DNA from: an uncultured Acidobacteriota bacterium
GTDB taxonomy: Bacteria; Acidobacteriota; Terriglobia; Terriglobales; Acidobacteriaceae
Assembly (NCBI GenBank): GCA_963716405.1
Contig: CAVQTI010000014.1
Span: 350,885 to 414,884, forward strand
DNA length: 64,000 nucleotides
Direction: 5' to 3'
The notes beneath the pieces were generated by a model. That model did not search any database. It was not told the DNA's origin and saw nothing but the letters and a program-made list of their open reading frames with translations. Each line of letters opens with the position of its first letter. Positions within the stretch are counted from its first letter, which is position 1. Below, piece by piece: positions 10,103 to 20,539 of the stretch. The translations under genes were made by a program, and so were the position numbers.

Positions 10103-10311
10103 TATACTCCTCCGTCACTTGTCGTAACTTTGAATTACGCAGACGACCAGTGCCCATAGGGCAAGCAGCGCGAAGAGGACGAGCGGAGGGTGGACCAACC
10201 CTACAGTCTCTTCTGACGCAACGTAGCGTGCACCCCGGAGGAGGGCAATACGGTGGCATCTTTAAGGATCGGGGATTAATCCCGTATCACCCCTTACGCC
10301 AAACCACGATG

Positions 10312-10911
10312 TTATTTCTTCTCGGTCTTTTTCTCCGCCGCCTTCTTTTGCGCTTCTACCGTCCACGGAGGAACAATGCCATTTTCGCGCGCGTAAGCCA
10401 CCAATTGGCCCAGATGCTCATGTGCATCGGCGACCAGAATGTAGATCACATCGCCGGCATTGGCTTGCGGACCGAGCTTCGGCAACAATTTCGCAAAATC
10501 GGCATTGGTCATGCCATTGATGTTCTTCTTGCTGAACTCCCATGACTTGTTCAGATCCTCGATGATCTGGGCGCGATCCGTCGTCGACTTTTCAAAAGTC
10601 TTGCCGTCGAACCCCGCCGGTGGCGCAGCTCCCATGAGACCGAGGATCCCGTATCGCTCACCAGCTACATGGAGAAATACTTCCGCGAAAGAGCGCGCGT
10701 CCGCTGCCGGACGCCACGTCATTTTGTCAGCAGGCACGGCGTTCGCCAGATCGACAAACTTCTTCTGCACGCGTCCCAGATCTTCCAGCGACTGTGCCTT
10801 CATGTCGTAACTCGGAGCGGTGCGGTCGGCGGTGGCCGCCGCGTTCGAATTCTGCGCCCACCCGCTCAGCTGCAGCGCAAGAAACAACACAGCAAAAAAC
10901 AATTTGTTCAT
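10312..10911 (-). CDS. DinB-family protein (secreted)
   Basis: 199 aa with a signal peptide ending GWAQ. The DinB-like His triad context is FLHVAGERY ... DAHEHLGQLVAYAR. Confidence 0.6.
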   Translation of the reverse strand: MNKLFFAVLFLALQLSGWAQNSNAAATADRTAPSYDMKAQSLEDLGRVQKKFVDLANAVPADKMTWRPAADARSFAEVFLHVAGERYGILGLMGAAPPAGFDGKTFEKSTTDRAQIIEDLNKSWEFSKKNINGMTNADFAKLLPKLGPQANAGDVIYILVADAHEHLGQLVAYARENGIVPPWTVEAQKKAAEKKTEKK

Positions 10912-11011
10912 ATCTCTTCCTCCTGAGAAAGGCTGCTGGTGCGCTTAGACGGGCGCACGGAGAAAACAGCCTTCACCGGAGCCGAAGTTTTTGTGGGATG
11001 GAACACCCGAT

Positions 11012-11042
11012 CAAATAAGAAAGGCACGACCGAAGCCGCGCC
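11012..11042 (-). terminator. rho-independent terminator downstream of rpoD
   Basis: Minus-strand RNA reads GGCGCGGC-UUCG-GUCGUGCC, an 8-bp stem with two G-U pairs and a UUCG loop, followed by UUUCUUAUUUG. Confidence 0.6.
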
Positions 11043-11053
11043 CCTTTGTTTGA

Positions 11054-11088
11054 TTCCTCTGTGACTCTGTGTTTCTGTGGTGAAAAAC
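11054..11088. repeat. Family B repeat, single arm (CTCTGTG octamer tract ending GTGGTGAAAAAC)
   Basis: TTCCTCTGTGACTCTGTGTTTCTGTGGTGAAAAAC resembles the arms at 31154-31194 and 32441-32476. Confidence 0.7.
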
Positions 11089-11091
11089 CGG

Positions 11092-12783
11092 TTAGTCTCT
11101 CACCCCATCCATAAACGCGCGCAACTTCCGCGAGCGCGAGGGATGGCGCAGCTTGCGCAGCGCCTTGGCTTCGATTTGGCGGATACGTTCGCGCGTCACC
11201 GCAAACGACTGGCCTACTTCTTCGAGCGTGTGCTCGCTGCCGTCTTCCAGTCCGAAGCGCATCTTGATGACTTTTTCTTCGCGTGGAGTCAGCGTACGCA
11301 GCACCTGCGAAGTCTGGTCTTTCAAGTTGACGTTGATCACGGCCTCGGCTGGCGAGACTACGGCGCGGTCTTCGATGAAGTCGCCCAGATGCGAATCTTC
11401 CTCTTCGCCAATTGGCGTTTCGAGGGAGATTGGTTCCTGCGCGATCTTCAGCACCTTGCGCACCTTGGCCACGGGAATATCCATGCGCTTGGCAATTTCT
11501 TCCGAGGTAGGCTCGCGTCCCAGTTCCTGCACCAGTTGCCGCGAAGTGCGGATCAACTTGTTGATCGTCTCGATCATGTGCACGGGGATGCGAATCGTAC
11601 GCGCCTGATCAGCAATGGCACGAGTGATCGCCTGCCGAATCCACCATGTGGCGTAAGTCGAGAACTTATAGCCGCGGCGGTATTCGAATTTGTCGACGGC
11701 TTTCATCAGGCCGATGTTGCCTTCCTGAATCAGATCCAAGAACTGCAAGCCGCGGTTGGTGTACTTTTTGGCAATCGAAACTACCAGTCGGAGATTGGCC
11801 TCAATCAGCTCTCGCTTGGCCTGCTCCGCATCCATGTCCCCCTGGATGATCTCGCGCTGCGTGCGCTTGAGCTCCTGGAACGAGACTCCAGCCTCGACTT
11901 CAAGCTTCTCCAGTTCGGTGCGGATGGCACGCGACTGGCGGCGGTATTCCTTGCGCTGGTCTTCACTCCGGGTCGCGTCGGCTTTTTTTTCCAGATTCGT
12001 CGACTGACGGTCAAGCGACCGCATCATGTCGACCGTCTTGTTGGCTCGGTCGATGAGGCGCTTGCGCTCGTTGTTGGTGAAGCCCAGTTTGCGGACACAC
12101 AGCGAGACATCAACGATGGCGCGGGCCAACGCGATGCGATAACGGCGATAGTCCTTGGGACGCTTCTTCTGCGAAACCGCGGCAAACTTCTCCAGAAGTT
12201 GATTCGACTTCTTGTAGGCTTTCGCCAAGTCGTCAATCTTTCCGGTAAATTCTTTCAGCCGGTTCTGCAGAATTTCGTCAGTGATTTCCTCCTCGTCGAA
12301 GGTGACCACTTCCTTGATGGAGCGGACGCCTTTCTTGAGGTCTTCGCCCATCGCTAGTAATTCGTTGATGACGATTGGCGAACGCGAAAGAGCCTTCAGA
12401 ACGCGCAGTTGTCCGCGCTCGATGCGCTTGGCAATTTCAACTTCGCCTTCACGCGTAAGAAGCGGGACCGTTCCCATCTCGCGCAAATACATGCGGACGG
12501 GATCATTAGTTTTTTCCAGGGCGCCTGGGGTGAGATCGAGTTCGACGTCCTCGCCAACTTCATCTTCGTCAAACTTTTTATCGAGCGCAGAGGAGGGAAG
12601 CTTGGGTCCCTCCAGCACATCGATTCCCTGCGTACCAATGGTGGTAAGCAGATCGTCCAGGTCTTCAGGAGAGTGCACATCGTGCGGGATTAACTCGTTT
12701 ACTTGGTCGTAAGTAAGGTATCCCTTTTCCTTGCCTGTATCGATCAGCTTTTTAATGTCGTCGTACTTGTCATCAAGAGCCAA
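11092..12783 (-). CDS. rpoD: RNA polymerase sigma factor RpoD (sigma-70)
   Basis: 563 aa. Region 2 reads [27 protein letters not shown], and region 4 reads [28 protein letters not shown]. Confidence 0.95.
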   Translation of the reverse strand: MALDDKYDDIKKLIDTGKEKGYLTYDQVNELIPHDVHSPEDLDDLLTTIGTQGIDVLEGPKLPSSALDKKFDEDEVGEDVELDLTPGALEKTNDPVRMYLREMGTVPLLTREGEVEIAKRIERGQLRVLKALSRSPIVINELLAMGEDLKKGVRSIKEVVTFDEEEITDEILQNRLKEFTGKIDDLAKAYKKSNQLLEKFAAVSQKKRPKDYRRYRIALARAIVDVSLCVRKLGFTNNERKRLIDRANKTVDMMRSLDRQSTNLEKKADATRSEDQRKEYRRQSRAIRTELEKLEVEAGVSFQELKRTQREIIQGDMDAEQAKRELIEANLRLVVSIAKKYTNRGLQFLDLIQEGNIGLMKAVDKFEYRRGYKFSTYATWWIRQAITRAIADQARTIRIPVHMIETINKLIRTSRQLVQELGREPTSEEIAKRMDIPVAKVRKVLKIAQEPISLETPIGEEEDSHLGDFIEDRAVVSPAEAVINVNLKDQTSQVLRTLTPREEKVIKMRFGLEDGSEHTLEEVGQSFAVTRERIRQIEAKALRKLRHPSRSRKLRAFMDGVRD

Positions 12784-13004
12784 GACGGATTATCCTCAAG
12801 TCGTCCTTGAAAAGGACTGTCGAAAACTGTCGTTTATAGCGGTGGGAACGCGAGGTGGCGGGATTAGCGCCGACAAAACCTTAAAAGTATAGCACGAATT
12901 GCCGCTTCCTCTGATCGTAAAACTTCGCAAGAGAGTCAGCCTGCCCGCTGTTGTCCGCCCGTTAATAACTTAGATGGCAAATGAGACCATTTAGTTTCAA
13001 GGCC

Positions 13005-15053
13005 CTAGCGTATTTCCGGGGAGTTCGCTTGGGCGCCCGAGGCCGCTAAGGCCGGATCCATCAGGGCTCTCTTTAGCCGATCTTTTTCCCCCAGAAGGAA
13101 GCGCAGCCTTTCCGGCTCGTGTTTTTTCGCAGCTTGCAGCTCCCGCTGAACTTCGTCCATTTGGCGCTTGAATTGGATGCGGCGAAGGGCTCGGACAGCC
13201 CCCTCTAATTTTTCTGGGGAAAGTTCCTCGTTCTCTCTCATCAAAATGGCAGCCAAAAGATTGCGGTCTGCGTCGGACAACGTCAATTTCGTCACATCGA
13301 TGGTTTGCGATTCTGCGTTGAGGATGCCTTCGACTAACGATTCGGTGGCTAAACCCAGGTGCAAACGCTCATTGGTGAGAGCGAAATGGGCCTGGCGCGC
13401 GGGATCGAATTCTTCCTCGGCGCCATCACGGGCTGAGACATGTTCTTCTGAAGTCTGCATTTCGCCGGCGGAAGTTAGGGCTCGGATTAGAAGTTTTTCC
13501 GCATCGGTGACTTGAGCTTCGACCGTTGCTTTCACGCTGGCGACCGATCGGTTGGTAGCGGCATGCTTCAATTCCTGCCGCAAAACGGCAGAGTCGATGC
13601 CAAGTTTCTGCGCGATCTCATGCGCCAGTTCGTCGCGTACGATTCGGCTGGGAACACGTTGGATGTGCGGCAGCAGGTAATTCAGCGCCTTTACTTTGCC
13701 TTCGGCACTGCGAATGGGGAACTGGCTTTGGGCGCGCTCGATCAGGTAATCAAAATAACGTTGTGAATGCTTGAGTGCGTCGCCGTAGGCCGCTTTTCCT
13801 TTTTGGCGGATGAAAAGATCAGGGTCAAAGCCGGCTTCGAGGGTCAACACTTTGATCTGAAATTCTTCTTCGACTAGAAGACCCAAAGTCCGCTCCGTGG
13901 CTTTGGCACCCGCAGTATCCGGATCGAAATTTACCACCACGTTTTTGCTGAAGCGGCCGAGCAATCTGGCTTGAATTTCGGTGAAGGCGGTTCCGGAGCT
14001 GGCAATCACATTGTGAAAGCCAGCAGCGAACACCGAAATGCAATCCATCTGGCCTTCTACCAGAATTGCGTAATCCAGCTTGCGAATGGCCTCTTTGGCC
14101 TGCTCGAGATTGAACAAAACCCTCGATTTGGAATAAATCGCGGTCTCCGGCGAGTTGAGATATTTCGGTCCGGCTTTGTCGTCGGTGGAAAGCGTGCGTC
14201 CGGTGAAGGCGATTACTCGGCCGGTCTCGTTGGTGATCGGGAACACGACCCGGTTGCGAAATTTGGAATAGATGGTCGTTGGTCGCTGGTCGTCGGTCGT
14301 TGGCTTGTTCTCAACACGACCAGTCTTCTCTGCAATAATCCCCCCATCCTTGTGATCCCGAGCGGAGTCGAGGGACCTTGAGTCTTGCCGAGAGCTGGCC
14401 GTGGGCAGGGAGCCTTCTTTCCATGAGAACAGTCCGCTTGCCCGGAGCGTCTCCTCGTCGAACTGTCCCTTCAGCCGGTCTTTCAGCAAAAACCCAGAAT
14501 CCGGCGCGTAGCCAATGCGAAACGCTTTGATAACTTCCTGGCTGAGACCACGACCAGCCAGGTATTCGCGGGCGTGTGCGCCCTCAGGGCGGCGCAAACA
14601 CTCCTGAAAGAAATCTACGGCACACTCGTGGACTTCGAGCAGCACGGTGCGCAGTTTGGCTTCCTCAGCTTCTGCGGGACTGTTGAAACTGAGTTTCGGA
14701 AGTGCAATTCCTAGCTTTTGCGCCACAGCTCTGACGGCTTCCGGGAAGGTGACGTTTTCTATCTTCTGGACAAAGTCGAATACATCGCCTGTTGCACCAC
14801 ATCCGAAACAATAGAAAAACTGCTTGGTGACACTAACCGTAAACGAGGCTGTCTTCTCCTTGTGAAATGGACAAAGTCCCGAATAGTCGCGCGCCCCGGT
14901 CTGTTTCAGCTTGACGTAGTCGCCGACGACGCGAACGATATCTGCCTGCTGCTTGACGATATCTTTGAAATCGGCGGAGTCGGTCATGAGGAGGACACTA
15001 TTTTCCGTAGGAATTGTGAGGCAATGCGTGACAGAAGCAAATATAGCAGCCAC
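13005..15053 (-). CDS. dnaG: DNA primase DnaG (likely true start ATG 14987)
   Basis: Zinc ribbon CPFHKEKTASFTVSVTKQFFYCFGCGATGDVFDF, RNAP/TOPRIM core FRNRVVFPI..GRVIAFTGRTL..KYLNSPET..VEGQMD. It carries an extra segment of about 44 aa (see findings). Confidence 0.92.
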   Translation of the reverse strand: MAAIFASVTHCLTIPTENSVLLMTDSADFKDIVKQQADIVRVVGDYVKLKQTGARDYSGLCPFHKEKTASFTVSVTKQFFYCFGCGATGDVFDFVQKIENVTFPEAVRAVAQKLGIALPKLSFNSPAEAEEAKLRTVLLEVHECAVDFFQECLRRPEGAHAREYLAGRGLSQEVIKAFRIGYAPDSGFLLKDRLKGQFDEETLRASGLFSWKEGSLPTASSRQDSRSLDSARDHKDGGIIAEKTGRVENKPTTDDQRPTTIYSKFRNRVVFPITNETGRVIAFTGRTLSTDDKAGPKYLNSPETAIYSKSRVLFNLEQAKEAIRKLDYAILVEGQMDCISVFAAGFHNVIASSGTAFTEIQARLLGRFSKNVVVNFDPDTAGAKATERTLGLLVEEEFQIKVLTLEAGFDPDLFIRQKGKAAYGDALKHSQRYFDYLIERAQSQFPIRSAEGKVKALNYLLPHIQRVPSRIVRDELAHEIAQKLGIDSAVLRQELKHAATNRSVASVKATVEAQVTDAEKLLIRALTSAGEMQTSEEHVSARDGAEEEFDPARQAHFALTNERLHLGLATESLVEGILNAESQTIDVTKLTLSDADRNLLAAILMRENEELSPEKLEGAVRALRRIQFKRQMDEVQRELQAAKKHEPERLRFLLGEKDRLKRALMDPALAASGAQANSPEIR

Positions 15054-15183
15054 CTTTGTAGGAGGAAAACCTGTGGATTATGTTAGTTAACCGTTGATTC
15101 GTTAGGAAAACAGGCCTGATACTGCAACACCGTAACAACGCCGGTCCGGATCGCCGTTCTTCTCTTTACACTCCTCCGTCGAT

Positions 15184-16761
15184 TTGAGACACTCGTCCGT
15201 GGAAACCCAATCTATTGTTGTCCTCGACTTTGGAGCGCAATATTCGCAACTGATTGCGCGCCGCATCCGCGAACAAAATGTTTTTTCTGCGGTGCTGCCT
15301 TGCACCGCGAGCCTTGATGAGATCCGAAGCTACTCGCCGCTCGGCATCATTCTGTCGGGCGGACCTTCGTCGGTTTACGACAAAGATGCGCCTAACATGG
15401 ACCGGCGTGTATTTGAACTGGGTCTGCCTGTGCTCGGCATCTGCTACGGATTGCAGTTGATGGTGCATTCGCTCGGCGGCAAGGTGCGCGCAGCTGACAA
15501 ACGCGAGTACGGCCATGCCGCGGTCGAGGTCAAAGAAAGTTCGCGTCTTTTTCACGATGTACCCCAGAAGCTTTCGGTGTGGATGTCGCACGGCGATGAA
15601 GCCGTGGAGTTACCGCCAGGTTTCCGCTTGATCGCCAGTTCGACGAATGCTGTTGCCGCCATTGAGAATAGCGACCGAAAAATGTGGGCAGTCCAGTTCC
15701 ACCCGGAAGTGCGCCACACGCAATCTGGCGCCGACATCCTACGCAACTTTGCTTTAGAAATTTGCGGCGCCAAGCCCACCTGGACTCCGCAGCACTTCAT
15801 CGATTCGACCATCGCCAGCGTGCGCCAGACGGTGGGCAACGGACGCGCCATTTGCGCGCTTTCGGGCGGCGTGGATTCTGCCGTGGCAGCGACGCTCGTC
15901 GATCGCGCATTGCGAGACGGCAACTCGCCATCGCGCCTGACCTCGGTCTTCGTAAACAATGGAGTGCTGCGCAAAAACGAATTCGAAAAAGTTCAGCAGA
16001 ATCTGCGCGACAAGTTGGGACTGCACGTAGTCGCGGTGGATGCCACCGATCGCTTCCTGAGCAAGCTGGCGGGCGTGGTTGATCCGGAGAAGAAACGCAA
16101 GATTATCGGCAACGAATTCATCGCCGTATTCGACGAGCAAGCCCATCGCATTGAGAAAGAAGAGGGCGAGGTCGAATGGCTGGTGCAGGGCACGCTTTAT
16201 CCCGACGTGATCGAATCGCGCTCGGTGCGCGGACCATCGCAGATCATCAAATCGCACCACAACGTCGGCGGCTTGCCGGAAAAAATGAAGCTCAAGCTGA
16301 TCGAGCCACTGAAAGAATTATTCAAAGACGAAGTCCGCAAAATCGGCCGCGACCTGGGCATGCCGGAAGAAATTCTGCAACGCCAACCGTTCCCCGGACC
16401 TGGTTTAGCGGTGCGCATTCTCGGCGAGGTCACACCCGAGCGTCTCGCAATTCTGCGCGAGTGCGATGACATCGTGGTGGGCGAAATCAAGCAAGCCGGC
16501 TTGTATCCGAAGATTTGGCAATCGTTCGCGGTTTTGCTGCCCGTGATGTCTGTCGGAGTCATGGGCGACCAGCGAACTTACGCCAATACCTGCGCCATCC
16601 GCGCCGTTCACTCCGAAGATGGCATGACCGCCGACTGGGTTCCGCTGCCGCACGAGGTGCTGAAGACAATCTCCAGCCGAATCGTGAATGAAGTGAAAGG
16701 CGTCAACCGCGTGGTCTACGACATAACGTCGAAGCCGCCAGGAACGATTGAGTGGGAGTGA
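15184..16761 (+). CDS. guaA: glutamine-hydrolysing GMP synthase
   Basis: 525 aa with GATase motifs (GICYGLQL, HPE), the ATP-PPase motif SGGVDSAV, and the C-terminal ending PPGTIEWE. Confidence 0.95.
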   Translation: MRHSSVETQSIVVLDFGAQYSQLIARRIREQNVFSAVLPCTASLDEIRSYSPLGIILSGGPSSVYDKDAPNMDRRVFELGLPVLGICYGLQLMVHSLGGKVRAADKREYGHAAVEVKESSRLFHDVPQKLSVWMSHGDEAVELPPGFRLIASSTNAVAAIENSDRKMWAVQFHPEVRHTQSGADILRNFALEICGAKPTWTPQHFIDSTIASVRQTVGNGRAICALSGGVDSAVAATLVDRALRDGNSPSRLTSVFVNNGVLRKNEFEKVQQNLRDKLGLHVVAVDATDRFLSKLAGVVDPEKKRKIIGNEFIAVFDEQAHRIEKEEGEVEWLVQGTLYPDVIESRSVRGPSQIIKSHHNVGGLPEKMKLKLIEPLKELFKDEVRKIGRDLGMPEEILQRQPFPGPGLAVRILGEVTPERLAILRECDDIVVGEIKQAGLYPKIWQSFAVLLPVMSVGVMGDQRTYANTCAIRAVHSEDGMTADWVPLPHEVLKTISSRIVNEVKGVNRVVYDITSKPPGTIEWE

Positions 16762-16766
16762 GGGGC

Positions 16767-16791
16767 GGTCGTTGGCCGCTGCGGTCGTTGG
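16767..16791. repeat. Family D short repeat (GGTCGTTGG x2)
   Basis: GGTCGTTGGccgctgcGGTCGTTGG lies directly after the guaA stop. The same heptamer-type motif recurs inside dnaG at 14274-14303. Confidence 0.5.
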
Positions 16792-16994
16792 TATGAAGGG
16801 GCACGCGGAGAAGGCAAGAGACCTGTTGGTTCAGGCAAACCAAGAGTTGAAGGCGGCCGCTGAGGCTGCCGATGCATCCCGTGGGGCTGGCACCGGCCAA
16901 AAAAGAAAATAGTTCGCGGTTTAGCCTCAACCATCACAAGCGAAACTTGCGGGCATCGGGCTCAGTTCTCGGTGCCCAAGTTTTTTTCGGCAGC

Positions 16995-18134
16995 TTAGGT
17001 CGCTGCCATCAGATGACAGGAGTGCGTTTTTACGATCAGCCAGACTTCGCGGCCTGCTTGAAGTTCCAGCGAGTCGCGCGCGGCCAAAGTCAGATGAACT
17101 TCCATGTCGACGCCGCAGTTCACCCGCACAACGACGATGACGTCACGTTGCAGCAACGAATGTACCCGTCCGGGAATTACGTTGCGCGCGCTCAATCCCA
17201 CGGGATGAACCGTAGCTAACAGAATATCGCCGGCGCGAATTCCGACCAATAACTTCGATCCCGTTTCTGCGCGCAGCAATGGTGTTTCCAACTGCACATT
17301 GCCGTCGGCGATCCGGCAGATCATGGTGCCACGCTCTTCGTGAAGAGCGGCCACTGTGGCGTGAAAAATGTTTTCGAAGCCGACCAGTTGCGCCATCGAC
17401 TCCTGACGTGGCGCGGTCATTACCACGTGCGGAGTACCGTCGGCGATGATGCGGCCATTTTTCAGGAGGAGCACTCGGTCTCCCAGAGCAAAAACTTCTT
17501 CGCGGTTATGAGTTATGTAGAGGATGGGAATGTTGTGGAGAGCATTCCAGGCGCGGAGGTCGTCGATGATTTTCGATTTGGTCGCCGCGTCGAGCGCAGC
17601 CATGGGTTCATCGAGCAGCAAGACGCAAGGGTTGGTAATCAGGGCGCGGGCCAGAGCTACTCTTTGACGTTCGCCGCCAGAAATATCTTTGGGCTTGCGA
17701 TCGCGCAGATTAGCAATGCGAAAAGATTCGAGGATGGTGTCGCTCTTTTTCCTGCGTTCTTCTTTCGGGCCGCTAAGGCCGTACTCGACATTCTTTCCGA
17801 CCGTGAGATGAGGAAAGAGCGCGAGATCCTGAAAAACATAACCGGCGTTTCGACTCTGAACGGGAACATTCGTTCCAGAAGCTTGGTCGAACAGAATACG
17901 GTCGCCGATGGCGATTCTGCCGGAGTCGGGAGTTGCCAGACCAGCGACGCAATCAAGCAGCGTGGTCTTTCCTGCTCCCGACGGGCCGAAAATGATGGTG
18001 ATGCCCGGGGCGACGGTGAATGCAACATCGAGGGTGAAATGGCTTGCGCTATTGGAGAAGCGCTTGCGGAGAGCGACGGTCAAACTATCCCGCGATGCGG
18101 AATCAGTGGGCAGGTTTATGCTTTCCGTTCTCAT
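16995..18134 (-). CDS. modC: molybdate-type ABC transporter ATP-binding protein with C-terminal TOBE/Mop domain
   Basis: Walker A GPSGAGKT, signature LSGGERQRVALARAL, and a C-terminal SARNVIPGRVHSL...LELQAGREVWLIVKTHS TOBE-like domain. The start is uncertain: ORF start 18182, ATG 18134 and TTG 18083 are all possible. Confidence 0.65.
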   Translation of the reverse strand: MRTESINLPTDSASRDSLTVALRKRFSNSASHFTLDVAFTVAPGITIIFGPSGAGKTTLLDCVAGLATPDSGRIAIGDRILFDQASGTNVPVQSRNAGYVFQDLALFPHLTVGKNVEYGLSGPKEERRKKSDTILESFRIANLRDRKPKDISGGERQRVALARALITNPCVLLLDEPMAALDAATKSKIIDDLRAWNALHNIPILYITHNREEVFALGDRVLLLKNGRIIADGTPHVVMTAPRQESMAQLVGFENIFHATVAALHEERGTMICRIADGNVQLETPLLRAETGSKLLVGIRAGDILLATVHPVGLSARNVIPGRVHSLLQRDVIVVVRVNCGVDMEVHLTLAARDSLELQAGREVWLIVKTHSCHLMAAT

Positions 18135-18351
18135 CGGTGCCGGTCTTAGCGAAAACGAAAAAGTCAGACACCGGCTACCCACTGCACACGCAAGAGCCCG
18201 TTACCGTTGCTTCCTTCCGGACCTGGCGGGGTTGGCGGGAGTGCGTCGCGCGGGACCGATGCCTGACCTGTTCGATTTTAGCATCACAATCGTACTCTTC
18301 CCTTTCTCGATGAAATCGCCAACAATGTAACGAAGTTCATGGACGTGTTGC

Positions 18352-20532
18352 ATGACTAGTGTCGAATCCGATATCGTTCCTCTGCCCACGGCGGTGCAGC
18401 GCTACTTCGAAGTCGCGCTCTATCTGCTGGTCATGTGCGGCTTCGGGACGCTGGTTTCGACCGGCGGTCTTGATTTGCCTACGATCCTGCTTGTAGTGGC
18501 AGCGCTTTTATTTCGCGGATACCTGCTGGCCACGCGTCGAACCTGGCTTATTCCGGAATCTTGGACCACCACGCTTACTCTCGGCTATGTTGCGTTTTAT
18601 CTCGCAGACTACTTTGTGTTGTCCGGTTTATTTGTTAGTGCCACGGTCCACCTCGTACTCTTCGTGATGGTCGTGCGGTTGTTCTCGACTCGGCGCGATC
18701 GCGATTATTATTTTCTGGCGATCATCTCGTTTCTCATGGTGTTGGCCGCTGCCGTGCTCACCGTCGACAGCACTTTTCTGGTCGCATTCGCAGCATTCAT
18801 GCTGATGGCTGTCGTCACTTGCATTCTGATGGAGATGCGTAGTGCCGCAGCCAATGCTATGGTGCGAGCGAAGGCGTCGAATGACGATTTGGCTCAGCGG
18901 AAGATGGGGATCTCGTTGGCCAGCGCCTCACCTGTCCTTGCTTTATTAATATTGCTGATCGCGGCGGCCATCTTCTTTGTGCTGCCGCGCCTATCGAATG
19001 GATATTTCAGTGCCTTCGCGCGTGGCCGCGTGATGAGCACAGGGTTCAGCGACCAGGTGCAACTGGGACAGATTGGCGAGATTCAACAATCGAATTCGCT
19101 GGTGATGCACATTCAAATCGATGGCGACACGCATGGATCCTACGATCTGAAGTGGCGCGGCGTAACTCTGAACCTGTTCAATGGCAACACGTGGTCCAAT
19201 CCGCACGCCCAGCATGCGGTGGTGAGCGTAGGCGCGGGGCGGTTTGTTTTGTGGCAGAACGCCTCACGATTGAAAAGGTCTCAACATGTTGGGCCGGCGC
19301 AGCCAATACACTATCGGGTGCTGATGGAGCCCGTGATCAGCAATGTGTTCTTCCTCGCGCCAACCGCACGGCTGCTACAGGGTAATTACCGTCTGGTGGG
19401 CATGGACAATGGAGATTCTGTTTTCGATCTCGATCCCGAGCATCCAGTTGGGCGCTACGAGGCAACATCCGACATCGCTCAAACTCCGGCCAGCGAGTTG
19501 CGTAGTGCCGGTTCCGATTATCCGCCCGAGATCCTTTTGGACTATCTGCAACTGCCTGCCGTTGACCGCCGGGTGGTATCGCTGAGCAAAGAGATTACCG
19601 CTTCCGCGGACAACAATTACGATAAGGCGGCAGCGATCGAATCGTATTTGCGCAGCAACTTCGGATACACGCTGCAACTTCCGCGCACGGTTCCGCGCGA
19701 TCCGGTAGCTAATTTCCTTTTTGAACGCAAGCAGGGGCATTGCGAATACTTCGCTTCGTCGATGGCAATCATGTTGCGCACACTGGGCATTCCCTCGCGG
19801 GTGGTGAACGGCTTCCGCACCGGGGAATTTAACGACCTCACTTCACAGTATCTGGTTCGCGCCAGCAATGCGCACTCCTGGGTGGAAGCTTATTTTCCGG
19901 GCTATGGATGGATCAGTTTTGATCCCACGCCAGCCGCGCCCGCGCAGTTGCATACCGGCTGGAGCAGAAGCATGTTGTATCTGGATGCGATGGCGTCGTT
20001 CTGGCGGGAGTGGGTCATCAACTACGACGCCGGACATCAATACAATCTGGGACGCGAGGCCACGCGCAACAGCCTGGAGTGGTTGCAGCGGGCGCGCAAC
20101 TGGGCGCGCCAACATCATGAAGCGTTGTTGACTGCGGCCCGCCGGACCTCGCGCAACATTTCTGAGTCACCCGGAAGGTGGGGCCTTGCCGGGGCAGCCA
20201 TCACGCTACTCGTGATTCTGGGTGCGAATGCGAAGCAGATGTGGCGAGGGCTGCGTGACCGCCGCGTGGCGGCTCGTCCAGAAAAGTCACCGCGCTTGGC
20301 CGCAACCATTTGGTACGAGCGCATGACGCGAATGCTGGCAAGAAAGGGCTGGACGAAATCTCCGGCGCAGACGCCGGCGGAATTTCTGGTCACTATTCAA
20401 AATGAGGTGGTACGGGAACCAGTGTCGAAGTTCACCGAGCATTACAAGTCAGCGCGTTTCGGAGGTTCGGCTGAGGACGCCCAACGTCTGCCCGAACTGT
20501 ACGAAGAAGTTTTGACGACGTCACGTCGCTAA
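18352..20532 (+). CDS. transglutaminase-domain membrane protein (TgpA-like: DUF3488 + transglutaminase core + DUF4129-like tail)
   Basis: 726 aa with N-terminal polytopic helices. The core motif is QGHCEYFASSMAIMLRTLGIPSRVVNGF ... SNAHSWVEAYFPGYGWISFDPT. Confidence 0.8.
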   Translation: MTSVESDIVPLPTAVQRYFEVALYLLVMCGFGTLVSTGGLDLPTILLVVAALLFRGYLLATRRTWLIPESWTTTLTLGYVAFYLADYFVLSGLFVSATVHLVLFVMVVRLFSTRRDRDYYFLAIISFLMVLAAAVLTVDSTFLVAFAAFMLMAVVTCILMEMRSAAANAMVRAKASNDDLAQRKMGISLASASPVLALLILLIAAAIFFVLPRLSNGYFSAFARGRVMSTGFSDQVQLGQIGEIQQSNSLVMHIQIDGDTHGSYDLKWRGVTLNLFNGNTWSNPHAQHAVVSVGAGRFVLWQNASRLKRSQHVGPAQPIHYRVLMEPVISNVFFLAPTARLLQGNYRLVGMDNGDSVFDLDPEHPVGRYEATSDIAQTPASELRSAGSDYPPEILLDYLQLPAVDRRVVSLSKEITASADNNYDKAAAIESYLRSNFGYTLQLPRTVPRDPVANFLFERKQGHCEYFASSMAIMLRTLGIPSRVVNGFRTGEFNDLTSQYLVRASNAHSWVEAYFPGYGWISFDPTPAAPAQLHTGWSRSMLYLDAMASFWREWVINYDAGHQYNLGREATRNSLEWLQRARNWARQHHEALLTAARRTSRNISESPGRWGLAGAAITLLVILGANAKQMWRGLRDRRVAARPEKSPRLAATIWYERMTRMLARKGWTKSPAQTPAEFLVTIQNEVVREPVSKFTEHYKSARFGGSAEDAQRLPELYEEVLTTSRR

Positions 20533-20539
20533 TGGTCCG

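Noticed and set aside
10271-10284. Perfect palindrome GGGATTAATCCC near the DinB gene stop, as a terminator or operator
   Set aside because: The stem is too short when folded, no U-tract follows, and a single 12-bp palindrome is not unexpected in 64 kb.
11077-12357. Long antisense ORFs opposite clear genes: 11077..12357 + (rpoD), 4431..5645 + (czcA/czcB), 24389..25345 + (rimO), 17340..18149 + (modC), 48154..49050 - (cyc2-like), 52960..53715 - (coxA), 36787..37566 - (kinase), 9365..10048 + (BNR)
   Set aside because: These are typical GC-rich shadow frames. Each lies fully inside a gene with unmistakable family motifs on the other strand, and their translations are Arg/Ala/Gly-rich and low in complexity.
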